Source: Candidatus Fermentibacteraceae bacterium (GTDB taxonomy: Bacteria; Fermentibacterota; Fermentibacteria; Fermentibacterales; JCC-6). From it: a stretch of DNA of 64,000 bases. This document shows, one piece after another, positions 17,067-26,141 of the stretch; positions within the stretch are counted from its first letter, which is position 1, and each line of letters begins with the position of its first letter. The stretch spans positions 16,473 to 80,472 of the forward strand of contig JAMOUX010000026.1 of NCBI GenBank assembly GCA_027067855.1. The letters are read 5' to 3'. A model generated the notes under the pieces. That model was not told where the DNA came from, searched no databases, and worked only from the letters and a program-made list of their open reading frames with translations. A program made the translations under genes and the position numbers.

Positions 17067-18460
17067 CAGCCGGTCTTTCCGTTCACGGGCCAGTACTTAT
17101 CCAGTCTCGCCGGGTCTATCCTCTTCATCTCGCTCCTGGGAAGGAGCTTGAGGAGTTCCCATCCAAGATCGAGAGTTTCCCGTATGTCACGATTCTCGTG
17201 TTCTCCCTGGCCTATGTACTTCTTCTCGAATTCGTCCGCAAATCGCAGGTATCGCCTGTCCAGTTCGCTCAACGCGGCAGCTCCCAGTATGACCGCGAGT
17301 TCCCTGGCGTCTTTACCCGCGGAATAGGCCGCCATGAGTTGGTTGAAGAGATCGGCGTGGTCCTCCCTGGTTTTGCCCTCGCCGATTCCCTTGTCCTTCA
17401 GGCGGGACAATGATTCCATCACGTCCATGGGAGGGTAGATACCTTTCTTGTGAAGTTCCCTGTTGAGTATCAGCTGGCCCTCGGTGATGTAACCGGTGAG
17501 GTCGGGAATGGGATGGGTCTTGTCGTCTTCGGGCATGGTAAGGATGGGAATCTGCGTTATGGAACCCTTCCTGCCCTTTATCCTGCCCGCTCTTTCGTAA
17601 ATGGTGGAGAGATCCGTGTACAGGTAACCCGGGTACCCTCTCCTGCCGGGTACTTCCTTGCGGGCCGCGGAGATCTCTCTCAAAGCATCGCAGTAGTTGG
17701 TCATATCGGTGAGTATCACCAGTATGTGCATGTCCTTCTCGTAGGCCAGATACTCCGCGGCGGTGAGGGCCATCCTGGGGGTGGCTATCCTCTCTATCGC
17801 CGGGTCGTCGGCAAGGTTCATGAACACCACGGCCCTGTCCATGGCGCCGGTCTTCCTGAAATCACGAATGAAATAATCCGCTTCTTCGAAGGTTATACCC
17901 ATGGCCGCGAAGACCACGGCGAAGTTCTCCCCCTTTCCCAGAACTTTCGCCTGCCTCGCTATCTGGGCGGCCACAGCGGAATGGGGAAGCCCGTTACCGC
18001 TGAAGACCGGCAGCTTCTGTCCCCTGACCAGGGTGTTGATACCATCTATGGAGCTGAAACCGGTCTGAATGAACTCGGCCGGGTAATCCCTCGCGTATGG
18101 GTTTATGGGAGCCCCGTTGATGTTACGCATATTCTCGGGTATCACCGGCGGATTGGTGTCGAAGGGAGCCCTGGGCCTGCCCTGTCCGTCGAAAACCCTG
18201 CCCAGCATCTCCTCGGATACTCCAAGCTCCACCTGCCTGCCCAGGAACCGGACCTTGCTTTCGGTGATATCAGTCCCGCTGCTGCCTTCGAACAACTGGA
18301 CCAGAGCCATCCTGCTGTCTACTTCCAGCACCTTCCCATGCCTGATCTCACCATTGGGAAGCTGTATTTCCACCAGTTCCTCGTAGGCTACCCCTTCCAC
18401 CCTGTCCACCAACATCAGGGGGCCGGATATCTCCACGGTCGTAGTGTATTCTCTGATCAT
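17066..18460 (-). CDS. atpB: V/A-type ATP synthase subunit B
   Basis: [32 protein letters not shown]... Confidence 0.9.
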   Translation of the reverse strand: MIREYTTTVEISGPLMLVDRVEGVAYEELVEIQLPNGEIRHGKVLEVDSRMALVQLFEGSSGTDITESKVRFLGRQVELGVSEEMLGRVFDGQGRPRAPFDTNPPVIPENMRNINGAPINPYARDYPAEFIQTGFSSIDGINTLVRGQKLPVFSGNGLPHSAVAAQIARQAKVLGKGENFAVVFAAMGITFEEADYFIRDFRKTGAMDRAVVFMNLADDPAIERIATPRMALTAAEYLAYEKDMHILVILTDMTNYCDALREISAARKEVPGRRGYPGYLYTDLSTIYERAGRIKGRKGSITQIPILTMPEDDKTHPIPDLTGYITEGQLILNRELHKKGIYPPMDVMESLSRLKDKGIGEGKTREDHADLFNQLMAAYSAGKDARELAVILGAAALSELDRRYLRFADEFEKKYIGQGEHENRDIRETLDLGWELLKLLPRSEMKRIDPARLDKYWPVNGKTG

Positions 18461-18470
18461 TTCCCGCCTC

Positions 18471-20237
18471 CTAAGCGGTCTGTTCCTGCTCTATGGCCTT
18501 GCTCACCTGGGAAGTGATCTCCTTCTTCAGGTTCTCTATGGATGAAAGGTCATCCTCGGGTATGTACCTCATTCTCGCCACACTCTCTTTCAACGGCAAG
18601 TCGAACAACACTTTGGGAGGTACTCCATTCTTGATGGCCTTACTCATCTCCTCGTGGACGTGCATGATCACTTCCATCATCGCCTTCTGCTTCTCTATGG
18701 ACGCATAGGTATCCACCGGATGGAAGGCGTTCTGATGCAGGAAATCCTCCCTGAGCGACCTCGCGGTATAGAGTATGAGCTGGTCCTCGGGAGAAAGGGA
18801 TTCGGCGCCCACCAACCTGGCTATCTCCTGCAGGTTGGCTTCCCGCTGGAGCAGCGATATGGCTTCCTTCATCATCGGCGCCCAGTTCTTGCCGAGATTT
18901 CTGTCGTAGAATTCCTTGAGGTTACCGGTATAGAGAGAATAACTGTCGAGCCAGCCTATGGCGGGAAAATGCCTGGCGTAAGCGAGCCTGGCCTGAAGGC
19001 TCCAAAAAACCTTGACCACCCTCAGCGTCGCCTGGACCACCGGATCGGAAAGATCTCCCCCGGCGGGGCTCACCGCTCCGACAACGGTCAGGGCCCCGGT
19101 CCTGTCCCCTCCGCTGCACAATACGTTGCCCGCTCTCTCGTAGAACTCGGCTATCCTCGTCCCCAGGTAAGCCGGGTAACCTTCTTCGCCGGGCATTTCC
19201 TCGAGCCTTCCCGACATTTCCCGCATGGCCTCGGCCCATCTGCTGGTGGAATCCGCCATGAGAGCCACGGAATAGCCCATATCACGAAAGTACTCGCCTA
19301 TGGTTATCCCCGTGTAGACGCTGGCTTCCCGGGCCGCCACCGGCATGTTGCTGGTGTTCGCCACCAGGACCGTCCTCAGTATCAGGGGTTCGCCGCTCTT
19401 GGGATCCTCCAGTTCGGGAAACTCCTGGAGCACGTCGGTCATCTCGTTGCCCCGTTCCCCGCATCCGACGTAAATTATCATTTCCGCGTCGGCCCATTTC
19501 GCCAGCTGGTGCTGAATGACGGTCTTACCGCTTCCGAAAGGTCCGGGGACGCACGCGGTTCCTCCCTTGCCCAGGGGAAAGAAGGCGTCTATCACTCTCT
19601 GTCCCGTAACCAGGGGTTCCTCCGGCGCTCTCTTCTCCGCTATCGGCCTCGGTTTCCGCACCGGCCAGGTGTGGTACATCCTGAGTTCCCTGATACCGGA
19701 ACCATCTTTCACCTTGGCCACCACCGTGTCTATGTCGTAGCTTCCCGGTCCGATCACCCAGGTGAGTTCCCCCGACACGCCGGGAGGAACCATCACCTTG
19801 TGAACCACGAGCTTCGTTTCGGGAACCTCTCCCAGTACCTCCCCACCCGTAACTTTCATACCGGGTTCCGCGACGGGGGTCCAATCCCACTTCTTTTCGT
19901 GATCGAGACCCCTTATGCTTATTCCTCTGGTTATCCAGTCACCGGCTTCCTCCCGGATCTTGTCCAGCGGTCTCTGTATCCCGTCGTAAATGGCGGTCAC
20001 CAAACCGGGCCCCAGTTCCACCGAAAGGGGTTCGCCCGTGGCCACCACGGGGTCGCCGGGTTTCAGACCTCCCGTTTCTTCGTAAACCTGTATGGAAGCC
20101 TTGTCCCCTTTTAGTTCTATTATTTCCCCTATTAAGTTGTAATCGGATACGTAAACCAGGTCGTACATCCTGGCTTCCCTCATGCCGTCCGCTACCACCA
20201 GCGGACCGGCTATCTTGTCAATGGTTCCTTTTATCAT
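18471..20237 (-). CDS. atpA: V/A-type ATP synthase catalytic subunit A
   Basis: [19 protein letters not shown]...; Walker A GPFGSGKT. Confidence 0.9.
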   Translation of the reverse strand: MIKGTIDKIAGPLVVADGMREARMYDLVYVSDYNLIGEIIELKGDKASIQVYEETGGLKPGDPVVATGEPLSVELGPGLVTAIYDGIQRPLDKIREEAGDWITRGISIRGLDHEKKWDWTPVAEPGMKVTGGEVLGEVPETKLVVHKVMVPPGVSGELTWVIGPGSYDIDTVVAKVKDGSGIRELRMYHTWPVRKPRPIAEKRAPEEPLVTGQRVIDAFFPLGKGGTACVPGPFGSGKTVIQHQLAKWADAEMIIYVGCGERGNEMTDVLQEFPELEDPKSGEPLILRTVLVANTSNMPVAAREASVYTGITIGEYFRDMGYSVALMADSTSRWAEAMREMSGRLEEMPGEEGYPAYLGTRIAEFYERAGNVLCSGGDRTGALTVVGAVSPAGGDLSDPVVQATLRVVKVFWSLQARLAYARHFPAIGWLDSYSLYTGNLKEFYDRNLGKNWAPMMKEAISLLQREANLQEIARLVGAESLSPEDQLILYTARSLREDFLHQNAFHPVDTYASIEKQKAMMEVIMHVHEEMSKAIKNGVPPKVLFDLPLKESVARMRYIPEDDLSSIENLKKEITSQVSKAIEQEQTA

Positions 20238-20274
20238 TCAGTAGCCTCCGGTGAAACGCGGTCCCGACGGGCCG

Positions 20275-20601
20275 TCATTTCCGTTCCTCGGACATGAGGT
20301 CGACTCCCACCGCTTTTATTATTAGTTCCCTTATGGTCTGCTCTCCGCCCCCGCGGGTTCCCCTGACTCCCGGCAGCACCACCACCGACGGAATCGCCGA
20401 GTGAACCGTCTCCTCCACCTTTTCCTTCAATTCCCGCATGAGGTCTTCCGTCACTATGATGACGGACGTTCCATTCGCGACCAGCCTGTCGAATTCCTCC
20501 CTGGCCCGGGCCCCGTTCTCCGGGACCACGGTTTCCACCCCGAGGGCCCGGAAACCAAGAACCGAATCCGCATCACCCATGAAAGCAATCCCGCCCTGCA
20601 T
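20275..20601 (-). CDS. atpF: V/A-type ATP synthase subunit F
   Basis: MQGGIAFMGDADSVLGFRALGVETVVPEN... Confidence 0.8.
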   Translation of the reverse strand: MQGGIAFMGDADSVLGFRALGVETVVPENGARAREEFDRLVANGTSVIIVTEDLMRELKEKVEETVHSAIPSVVVLPGVRGTRGGGEQTIRELIIKAVGVDLMSEERK

Positions 20602-20613
20602 ATGAAGATCCTC

Positions 20614-21591
20614 CTATCCCCGGGGAAGCCTTGCCCTGAGGATGTCCCGGCCTACCCCGGCGGATTTCGCGGCCAACAGCAATTTCAGGTGGGAAACCTC
20701 CAGTTCCTTCCTGAGCACGTAAGACAACAGCGGAAGCGGTCCGAACACCGGGAAGGATCCTTCCTCCAGCATCTCCAGAAGCATGGCGTCGTACTCTCTT
20801 TCCAATTCGTAGAAAGAACCGCTCTCCAGCGCCGAGTCGTATACCCCGGTCACCGCCTCGAAACCGGTGGTTTCTCCCAGAAGTTCGGAAAGCCCGGTTC
20901 CACCGCGCCTGTAGGCGGCGGATATCTCACCGGGGGAATGGTAACCGCCGGGAAAAAGAATTTTCTCCACTTCGTCGGGAGGGACGTCGTCCACGAGGCA
21001 TCTTCCCGCCGCGAGAAAATTTTTCTGCTCCAGCCGGACCTTCACGTAACGTCCGGCTTCCGGGTCCACGGGAGCCAGTTCTCCGATCTCCACTTCCGCA
21101 GCCAGCCTGTCCATCCTTCTGTCGAACCCGACGGTGTTCCCCTCTTCCAAGGCGGACACGTCCTCCAGGGCGGCCCGGAAAGCGGGAGGCAATTCCTCCC
21201 TCAATGCCGGATCCTCCGGCGCTCCCCCGAGAACATCGACTGGAACCAGCCCCGGTCTTTCCGTAGCGACGGCGGCTTCCTCTCCCAGGAACAATTTCGC
21301 TTTCCAGAGATACCTGGCGTTGCGCACGTCCCTCCGGTAGAGGATTCCCCTAACGATACTCCGGTCCGCCGAGAGTTCCAGCAATTCCTCCTCGGCAGCC
21401 TCCATGGCCCGAACGAAACATTCCTCCATGGAATAATGCTGCATGAAGGAACCGTACCAGGTGTCTCCTAGGAACCGTATCGCTTCTTCCCCGTCCCGGG
21501 CCGACAACAGCATCTGCCATATCCTGCGGTCGAGAAACGTGGTTTCCCCGGCGCTTATTCTTCCGTTTGCGTACACGAATCGTTCCGGCAT
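20614..21591 (-). CDS. atpC: V/A-type ATP synthase subunit C (d-like)
   Basis: Length, position in the operon and alpha-helical composition. Confidence 0.75.
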   Translation of the reverse strand: MPERFVYANGRISAGETTFLDRRIWQMLLSARDGEEAIRFLGDTWYGSFMQHYSMEECFVRAMEAAEEELLELSADRSIVRGILYRRDVRNARYLWKAKLFLGEEAAVATERPGLVPVDVLGGAPEDPALREELPPAFRAALEDVSALEEGNTVGFDRRMDRLAAEVEIGELAPVDPEAGRYVKVRLEQKNFLAAGRCLVDDVPPDEVEKILFPGGYHSPGEISAAYRRGGTGLSELLGETTGFEAVTGVYDSALESGSFYELEREYDAMLLEMLEEGSFPVFGPLPLLSYVLRKELEVSHLKLLLAAKSAGVGRDILRARLPRG

Positions 21592-21594
21592 GTT

Positions 21595-22182
21595 CTAGAA
21601 CTTCTCCACGGGCACAAGCCCGGACAGTTCCATGACCATGTCTTCGTGAAAAAGCTCGGCTATCATGGAAAACGTACCGTTCTGGCTTATGTTTCCGGAC
21701 CTGAATATTACGCCTCCGGGCATGTGGTGACGCTCTCCGGAGAGGATGAATCTTCTCCTGTCTCCGGAATGTTCATCCAGGAATCTCTGGGTTATCCTGG
21801 ACTCGTCCGCCGGGGAGATGAGAACTTCGACTTCCCCCTCGAGGTCACAACGGTGAAGAAGGGCGGAAACCAATTCGAGGTATTCCTCGTCCCGGGCATC
21901 CGCCAGGCGCCTTACCGCCTTTTCCACCGCCTGGTCCACCATGGTCCTTCGTTCACTGAGAAGCTTCTTCAGCGCTTCGCGATGAACGTGGAACTTTCCG
22001 CGTTCCAGGGATTCCTTTCCCGCCGCCTTCACCTTGGCGGATTCCTTTCTGTACTCCCTGCCGAGCCGTTTCCTGAATTCCTCCAGGGCTTCATCCCTCT
22101 CCTTTTCCGCAGCGGCTACAATGGATCGGGCCCGGTTTCCGGCGTCCTCCAGTATCCTGGAGACTATCGCATCGACAGACAT
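21595..22182 (-). CDS. atpE: V/A-type ATP synthase subunit E
   Basis: Charged coiled-coil N-terminus (MSVDAIVSRILEDAGNRARSIVAAAEKERDEALEEFRK); position in operon. Confidence 0.8.
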   Translation of the reverse strand: MSVDAIVSRILEDAGNRARSIVAAAEKERDEALEEFRKRLGREYRKESAKVKAAGKESLERGKFHVHREALKKLLSERRTMVDQAVEKAVRRLADARDEEYLELVSALLHRCDLEGEVEVLISPADESRITQRFLDEHSGDRRRFILSGERHHMPGGVIFRSGNISQNGTFSMIAELFHEDMVMELSGLVPVEKF

Positions 22183-22188
22183 TCCCCG

Positions 22189-22638
22189 CTACCCGCCGAT
22201 ACCCTGGAGCATGAGGAAGGAAACAAGGAAACCCAGAATGGCGTAGAATTCCACGAATACCGCCAGTATCAAGGATTTGGCGGAATCATCGGGCTGCTTG
22301 GCGGTCATCATGGCTCCACCGGCGCAAACCTTGCCCTGATGAATGCCCGAGACCAATCCGGCCAGAGCTATCGGTATACCTGCCGTGAACACCTGCCAGG
22401 CGGTGGCCATGTCTATTCCCGCTCCCACCTTGCCCAGCAGGAGGAAAGCTATGACGAAACCGTAGATCCCCTGGGTTCCGGGCAACGCAGACAGGAGGAG
22501 CAACTTTCCGAACTTCCCGGGATCGACGCTCATCACTCCCGTACTGGCCTGGGCGGCTATTCCCACACCCACGGCCGATCCGATTCCAGCCAGTGCGCAG
22601 GCAAGGGCTATTCCCATGTAAGCGATGAGTTGTTCCAC
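22189..22638 (-). CDS. atpK: V/A-type ATP synthase proteolipid subunit K (c)
   Basis: Gly/Ala-rich four-helix proteolipid (GIGSAVGVGIAAQAS...). Confidence 0.85.
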   Translation of the reverse strand: MEQLIAYMGIALACALAGIGSAVGVGIAAQASTGVMSVDPGKFGKLLLLSALPGTQGIYGFVIAFLLLGKVGAGIDMATAWQVFTAGIPIALAGLVSGIHQGKVCAGGAMMTAKQPDDSAKSLILAVFVEFYAILGFLVSFLMLQGIGG

Positions 22639-24696
22639 TTAACGTCTCCCTTCGCTCTTTCCAAGAGCCGTTGGATCCTTTCTCGATATGTAAACGTACT
22701 TGGGTTTGAAAACCAGGGGTTTGAACGGTATCCCCGTTCCGTCGTAAAATTTGCCGAAAAATTCCACGAACTGTAATCTCGCCGTATGTATGAAACCGCT
22801 GAGCGCCGCCATCGCCACGTTGAACGCGTGTCCTCCCACCACCACCAACATGGCGAGAACGAACCCCAGCACCGGTATCCCCACCTGGTTCATGAGCATA
22901 CCCGCTATCCGGTTGATTACCTGCGCTATTATCGCGCTGGACAACGCCAGTGCGAACAACCTGGAGTAGGAGAGGACATCGCCCAGAAGATTCACGATGC
23001 CGTAAGTGGCGTAAGCTCCGAGGCCTATCTTTCCGAATCCCCTGGCCTTCCTGCCGCCCATTATGAAGATGAGAACCGCCCCCACGGTCAACATATTCAT
23101 GAAAACCTTGTCCATCGGACCGTTCACATCATAAAGAGTACCATCCAGCAGATACCTGTTGAACAACCATGGAAACAGGCCGGCGGTCGCCAGTAGCCAC
23201 CCGGATTGGTCCACCACCGCGGCCGGTCCTTCCCCGGCCCTCAGCCGCTTCACCAGGTTTACAACGATTCCGGTGGACAGTTGTACCAGGCCCAGGGCCA
23301 GGGTGAGGTACAGGAACTGTTTCGACACGGAGAAACTCTCCTGTCCCGGCTCGCCGGGACGAAAACCCGGAACCAGTCCGTTGAGCAGGTCCGCCGGAGC
23401 CTGGAGCAGCCGGGGAAGACGGTGGTACTCGATGCCGAACCAACCTCCCAGGAACACTCCCACGATGATGCTTGCAATTCCTCCCTGGAAGAGCAGCCGG
23501 AAAAGTTTCGTGTCCCCGTGACGCCTGGCGACCATGAACCATCCCAGGGCGGAACCCAGTGCTATGGCCAGACCGTAACCCGCGTCCCCTATGCATATTC
23601 CGAAAAAGAGAGCATAGAAAGGCGCCATAAGCGGGGTGGGATCAGGATCTTTCCGCGTGGGTCGGCCATACATATCCGTGAGTATCATATACGGCTCCGC
23701 CACAGGTTTTTCAGTGAGCGGAGAAGGCGGAACCTCTCCCTCGTCGGGTTCTATCACTTCCACGTCAACCTCGCCCAATCCGGAAAGCATCCTTTCGAGA
23801 GAATCCAGGTCCCGGGTTCTTATCCAGGCCCTGAAAAGCAGGGCGCTGCCGGAGGAGAGCGAGGCATTGGTCGCCTTAATTCTCTCCAGCAGGAGCGATG
23901 CGGCATCTCTGAGCTTCCGGAAATCCCCCAGTCTTTTCGCCAGGAGAACGGCCCTTTCGTGAAGCGCCCGCCTCCGGGCGGCTATTTGCCGCAGCTTTTC
24001 CTCCTGCTCCGCCAGAAGGTCGGCTATTCTTCCTTTCCTGGCTCCAAAATCCTGGATGGAAAAACCCGCGGCGGTAAGTTCCGGGAAAACCTTTTCTTCG
24101 ACCTCGACGTGCATGGCCACCAGAATCCTCGCCGTTCTTTTCCCTCTTCCCAATTCCTCCAGGTGGAACAGGGGAACCTCATCGGCGATACGTCTCGCGG
24201 TTTCGAGGAATTCCGCCGGTATCACGCCTGCGCAGATCAGGTATGCATCTCCGCGACGCAGTTCGTCGATGGACACCGGCATTCCTCTCCAATCGGAAAG
24301 GAAGGCCTTCTCCTGAAGCAACTCTTTTTCGATTCCTTCGAGCCTGGCCATCCGTACTGCCGTCATCCACGCCCTTTTCGCTTCCGCCACCAGTTCGGAG
24401 TCGTCGAGCAACGCCAGCAATTCCGACTCCTCCACCTCCTCGCCGGGGGCGGGAATCTCCGTCTCTCCGGCGGCTTCCTCTTCCAGAAAACCGATCGCAT
24501 TCTCCAGGTTCGCTATCTTCCGGGAAAGTTCCGCCGTATCCAGGTGCGTGGGTCTGAAATATTCCAGGTTTCCGTCCTCCACCCGGGCGAGGTTCAGCAG
24601 GTGCACTCCTCCGAAGGATTCCAGAGCGGCCACCAGATCGGCCCTGCGAACCGAATGACAGAGAACCTCGATTTTCGAGACGCTGTCCAGGCTCAT
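22639..24696 (-). CDS. atpI: V/A-type ATP synthase subunit I (a)
   Basis: 685 aa, with an N-terminal soluble coiled coil and a C-terminal multi-TM domain. Position in operon. Confidence 0.85.
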   Translation of the reverse strand: MSLDSVSKIEVLCHSVRRADLVAALESFGGVHLLNLARVEDGNLEYFRPTHLDTAELSRKIANLENAIGFLEEEAAGETEIPAPGEEVEESELLALLDDSELVAEAKRAWMTAVRMARLEGIEKELLQEKAFLSDWRGMPVSIDELRRGDAYLICAGVIPAEFLETARRIADEVPLFHLEELGRGKRTARILVAMHVEVEEKVFPELTAAGFSIQDFGARKGRIADLLAEQEEKLRQIAARRRALHERAVLLAKRLGDFRKLRDAASLLLERIKATNASLSSGSALLFRAWIRTRDLDSLERMLSGLGEVDVEVIEPDEGEVPPSPLTEKPVAEPYMILTDMYGRPTRKDPDPTPLMAPFYALFFGICIGDAGYGLAIALGSALGWFMVARRHGDTKLFRLLFQGGIASIIVGVFLGGWFGIEYHRLPRLLQAPADLLNGLVPGFRPGEPGQESFSVSKQFLYLTLALGLVQLSTGIVVNLVKRLRAGEGPAAVVDQSGWLLATAGLFPWLFNRYLLDGTLYDVNGPMDKVFMNMLTVGAVLIFIMGGRKARGFGKIGLGAYATYGIVNLLGDVLSYSRLFALALSSAIIAQVINRIAGMLMNQVGIPVLGFVLAMLVVVGGHAFNVAMAALSGFIHTARLQFVEFFGKFYDGTGIPFKPLVFKPKYVYISRKDPTALGKSEGRR

Positions 24697-24699
24697 CCG

Positions 24700-25014
24700 T
24701 TACGCCTCTCCCGCCAGGATGATCCGCCGAAGACGTTCCTCCGCCGCGACTTCAAGGGATTCCCTTCGTGCGGACAGATCCTTCACCCGCCTATTCATCT
24801 CCGCTTCCAGTTCCCGCCTGATCTCCTCCAGCCGCTTTTCCACTCTCTCCCCTATGACCCGGGCCTCTTCTTCGAGCTTCTTCTCCATCTTTCTTCTCTC
24901 GGCTTTATAAAGATCGGGCAGGGACAGCCTTATCCTCTGAGCTTCCTTCTCGGCTTTCTCGATTTCCCGCCGAGCCTTTTCCTCCGCTTCTCGGAGCCGC
25001 TCCAGCTTAGTCAT
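24700..25014 (-). CDS. V/A-type ATP synthase small coiled-coil subunit (G/H, NtpF-like)
   Basis: Internal ATG at index 29 of ORF 24700..25098 (MTKLERLREAEEKARREIEKAEKEA...). The protein is highly charged and helical. It is the first gene of the operon, as in ntpFIKECGABD. Confidence 0.6.
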   Translation of the reverse strand: MTKLERLREAEEKARREIEKAEKEAQRIRLSLPDLYKAERRKMEKKLEEEARVIGERVEKRLEEIRRELEAEMNRRVKDLSARRESLEVAAEERLRRIILAGEA

Positions 25015-25178
25015 CCTGTACCAACCTTTCGGACGGATCCCCGGTCGATTCCCCTCCCGGAAAGGGCGGCGGCAGTCACGTAAAGGATATACCTCCATGA
25101 ATCAGCGCCTTGTGGATAATACTTACGAAGCTACTTTAAGTGATTGCGTAACTCCTGGCCACCAAAGAACATACTGGG

Positions 25179-25207
25179 TTTTCCACAGTTTCCGGAAGTT
25201 TTCCACA
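25179..25207. promoter_or_regulatory. Pair of direct DnaA-box-like 9-mers TTTTCCACA (25179-25187, 25199-25207) in the intergenic region upstream of the V-ATPase operon
   Basis: The same 9-mer, or its complement, is used in this genome's oriC (37358-37366, 35810-35857). Confidence 0.4.
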
Positions 25208-25214
25208 TCAAGGA

Positions 25215-25571
25215 CTATTTCCCTGACTTGTTGCCCTGGCTCATCTTGCACGATCCTTCGAAGAATACACCATCCTCGATGACCAGCGACCTCGTGAAAA
25301 TGTCACCTTCCATTCGGGAACCGCCGTGAAGCTCGAGCTGTTCTTCCGCTTTCACCGTTCCCTGGATCTTGCCTCCCACTATGGCCTGCCTGACCACGAT
25401 GTCTCCTTTTATCACCCCGTCGGGTCCCACGGTCAGGGTGCCCGATACATTGACCTCTCCTTCGACGGTTCCGTCCACCCTGAGTCCCCCGTCCACCTTG
25501 ACGGAACCCTTGAAAAAACTTCCCGGTCCCAGTATCGAGTCCATCTTGACGGATGTTTCGTTCTTGCTCAT
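25215..25571 (-). CDS. Bactofilin (polymer-forming cytoskeletal protein, DUF583)
   Basis: Beta-helical repeat signature FKGSVKVDGGLRVDGTVEGEVNVSGTLTVGPDGVIKGDIVVRQAIVGGKIQG. Confidence 0.85.
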   Translation of the reverse strand: MSKNETSVKMDSILGPGSFFKGSVKVDGGLRVDGTVEGEVNVSGTLTVGPDGVIKGDIVVRQAIVGGKIQGTVKAEEQLELHGGSRMEGDIFTRSLVIEDGVFFEGSCKMSQGNKSGK

Positions 25572-25966
25572 CTTGGCTCCTCGTCAGTAGCTCCATCGGT
25601 GGAATCCTCTCCGGGGGATATCACCGATGCAACATGCTCCATCTTTGTTTCATACTCATCGAGAAGCTTAAGCTTCTGCTCCAGGAGTTCCATCCTCATC
25701 TCCAAACCCTGTTGAAGCGTCAGGGAGTCACGCAATCCGGCGATTTCCTCCGCGAGCCTGTGCCTCTCCCCGGCATTCAGCAAACCGAACGCCGTCACGA
25801 TCACGGCTGCGGTAATTACCAGAACCACCGCCGCGATAACCAACCTAAGGAGTACGAGTTTCCACCCGCTCACGTCGTATCGCCGCACATACCTGCCGGT
25901 GTTCGAAACGAATGTGGCGGTGAAGCCTTTTTCCGGCATTTGACCAGTCCATCCCCGCTTGCGCAA
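25568..25966 (-). CDS. Small membrane protein with one TM helix and a C-terminal coiled coil (hypothetical)
   Basis: Overlaps the bactofilin start by 4 nt. Hydrophobic stretch LVLLRLVIAAVVLVITAAVIVTAF, followed by a heptad-rich, acidic tail. The start may be the TTG at 25966 or a downstream ATG. Confidence 0.4.
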   Translation of the reverse strand: MRKRGWTGQMPEKGFTATFVSNTGRYVRRYDVSGWKLVLLRLVIAAVVLVITAAVIVTAFGLLNAGERHRLAEEIAGLRDSLTLQQGLEMRMELLEQKLKLLDEYETKMEHVASVISPGEDSTDGATDEEPR

Positions 25967-26141
25967 GCGTTATTCTAAGCCCTGACGTCGCCCACCGTCA
26001 ACAAACGGAAACCCGGATGCCCATGCGGGAAAATACCATCCGGTGCGATTCCCACACCCGGTGCTCCGCATTTTCAAATGTACCCACCGACCAAGTTTCG
26101 AATTAACGAAATTCATGAATGAGGAACCGTACCGGGCAATC

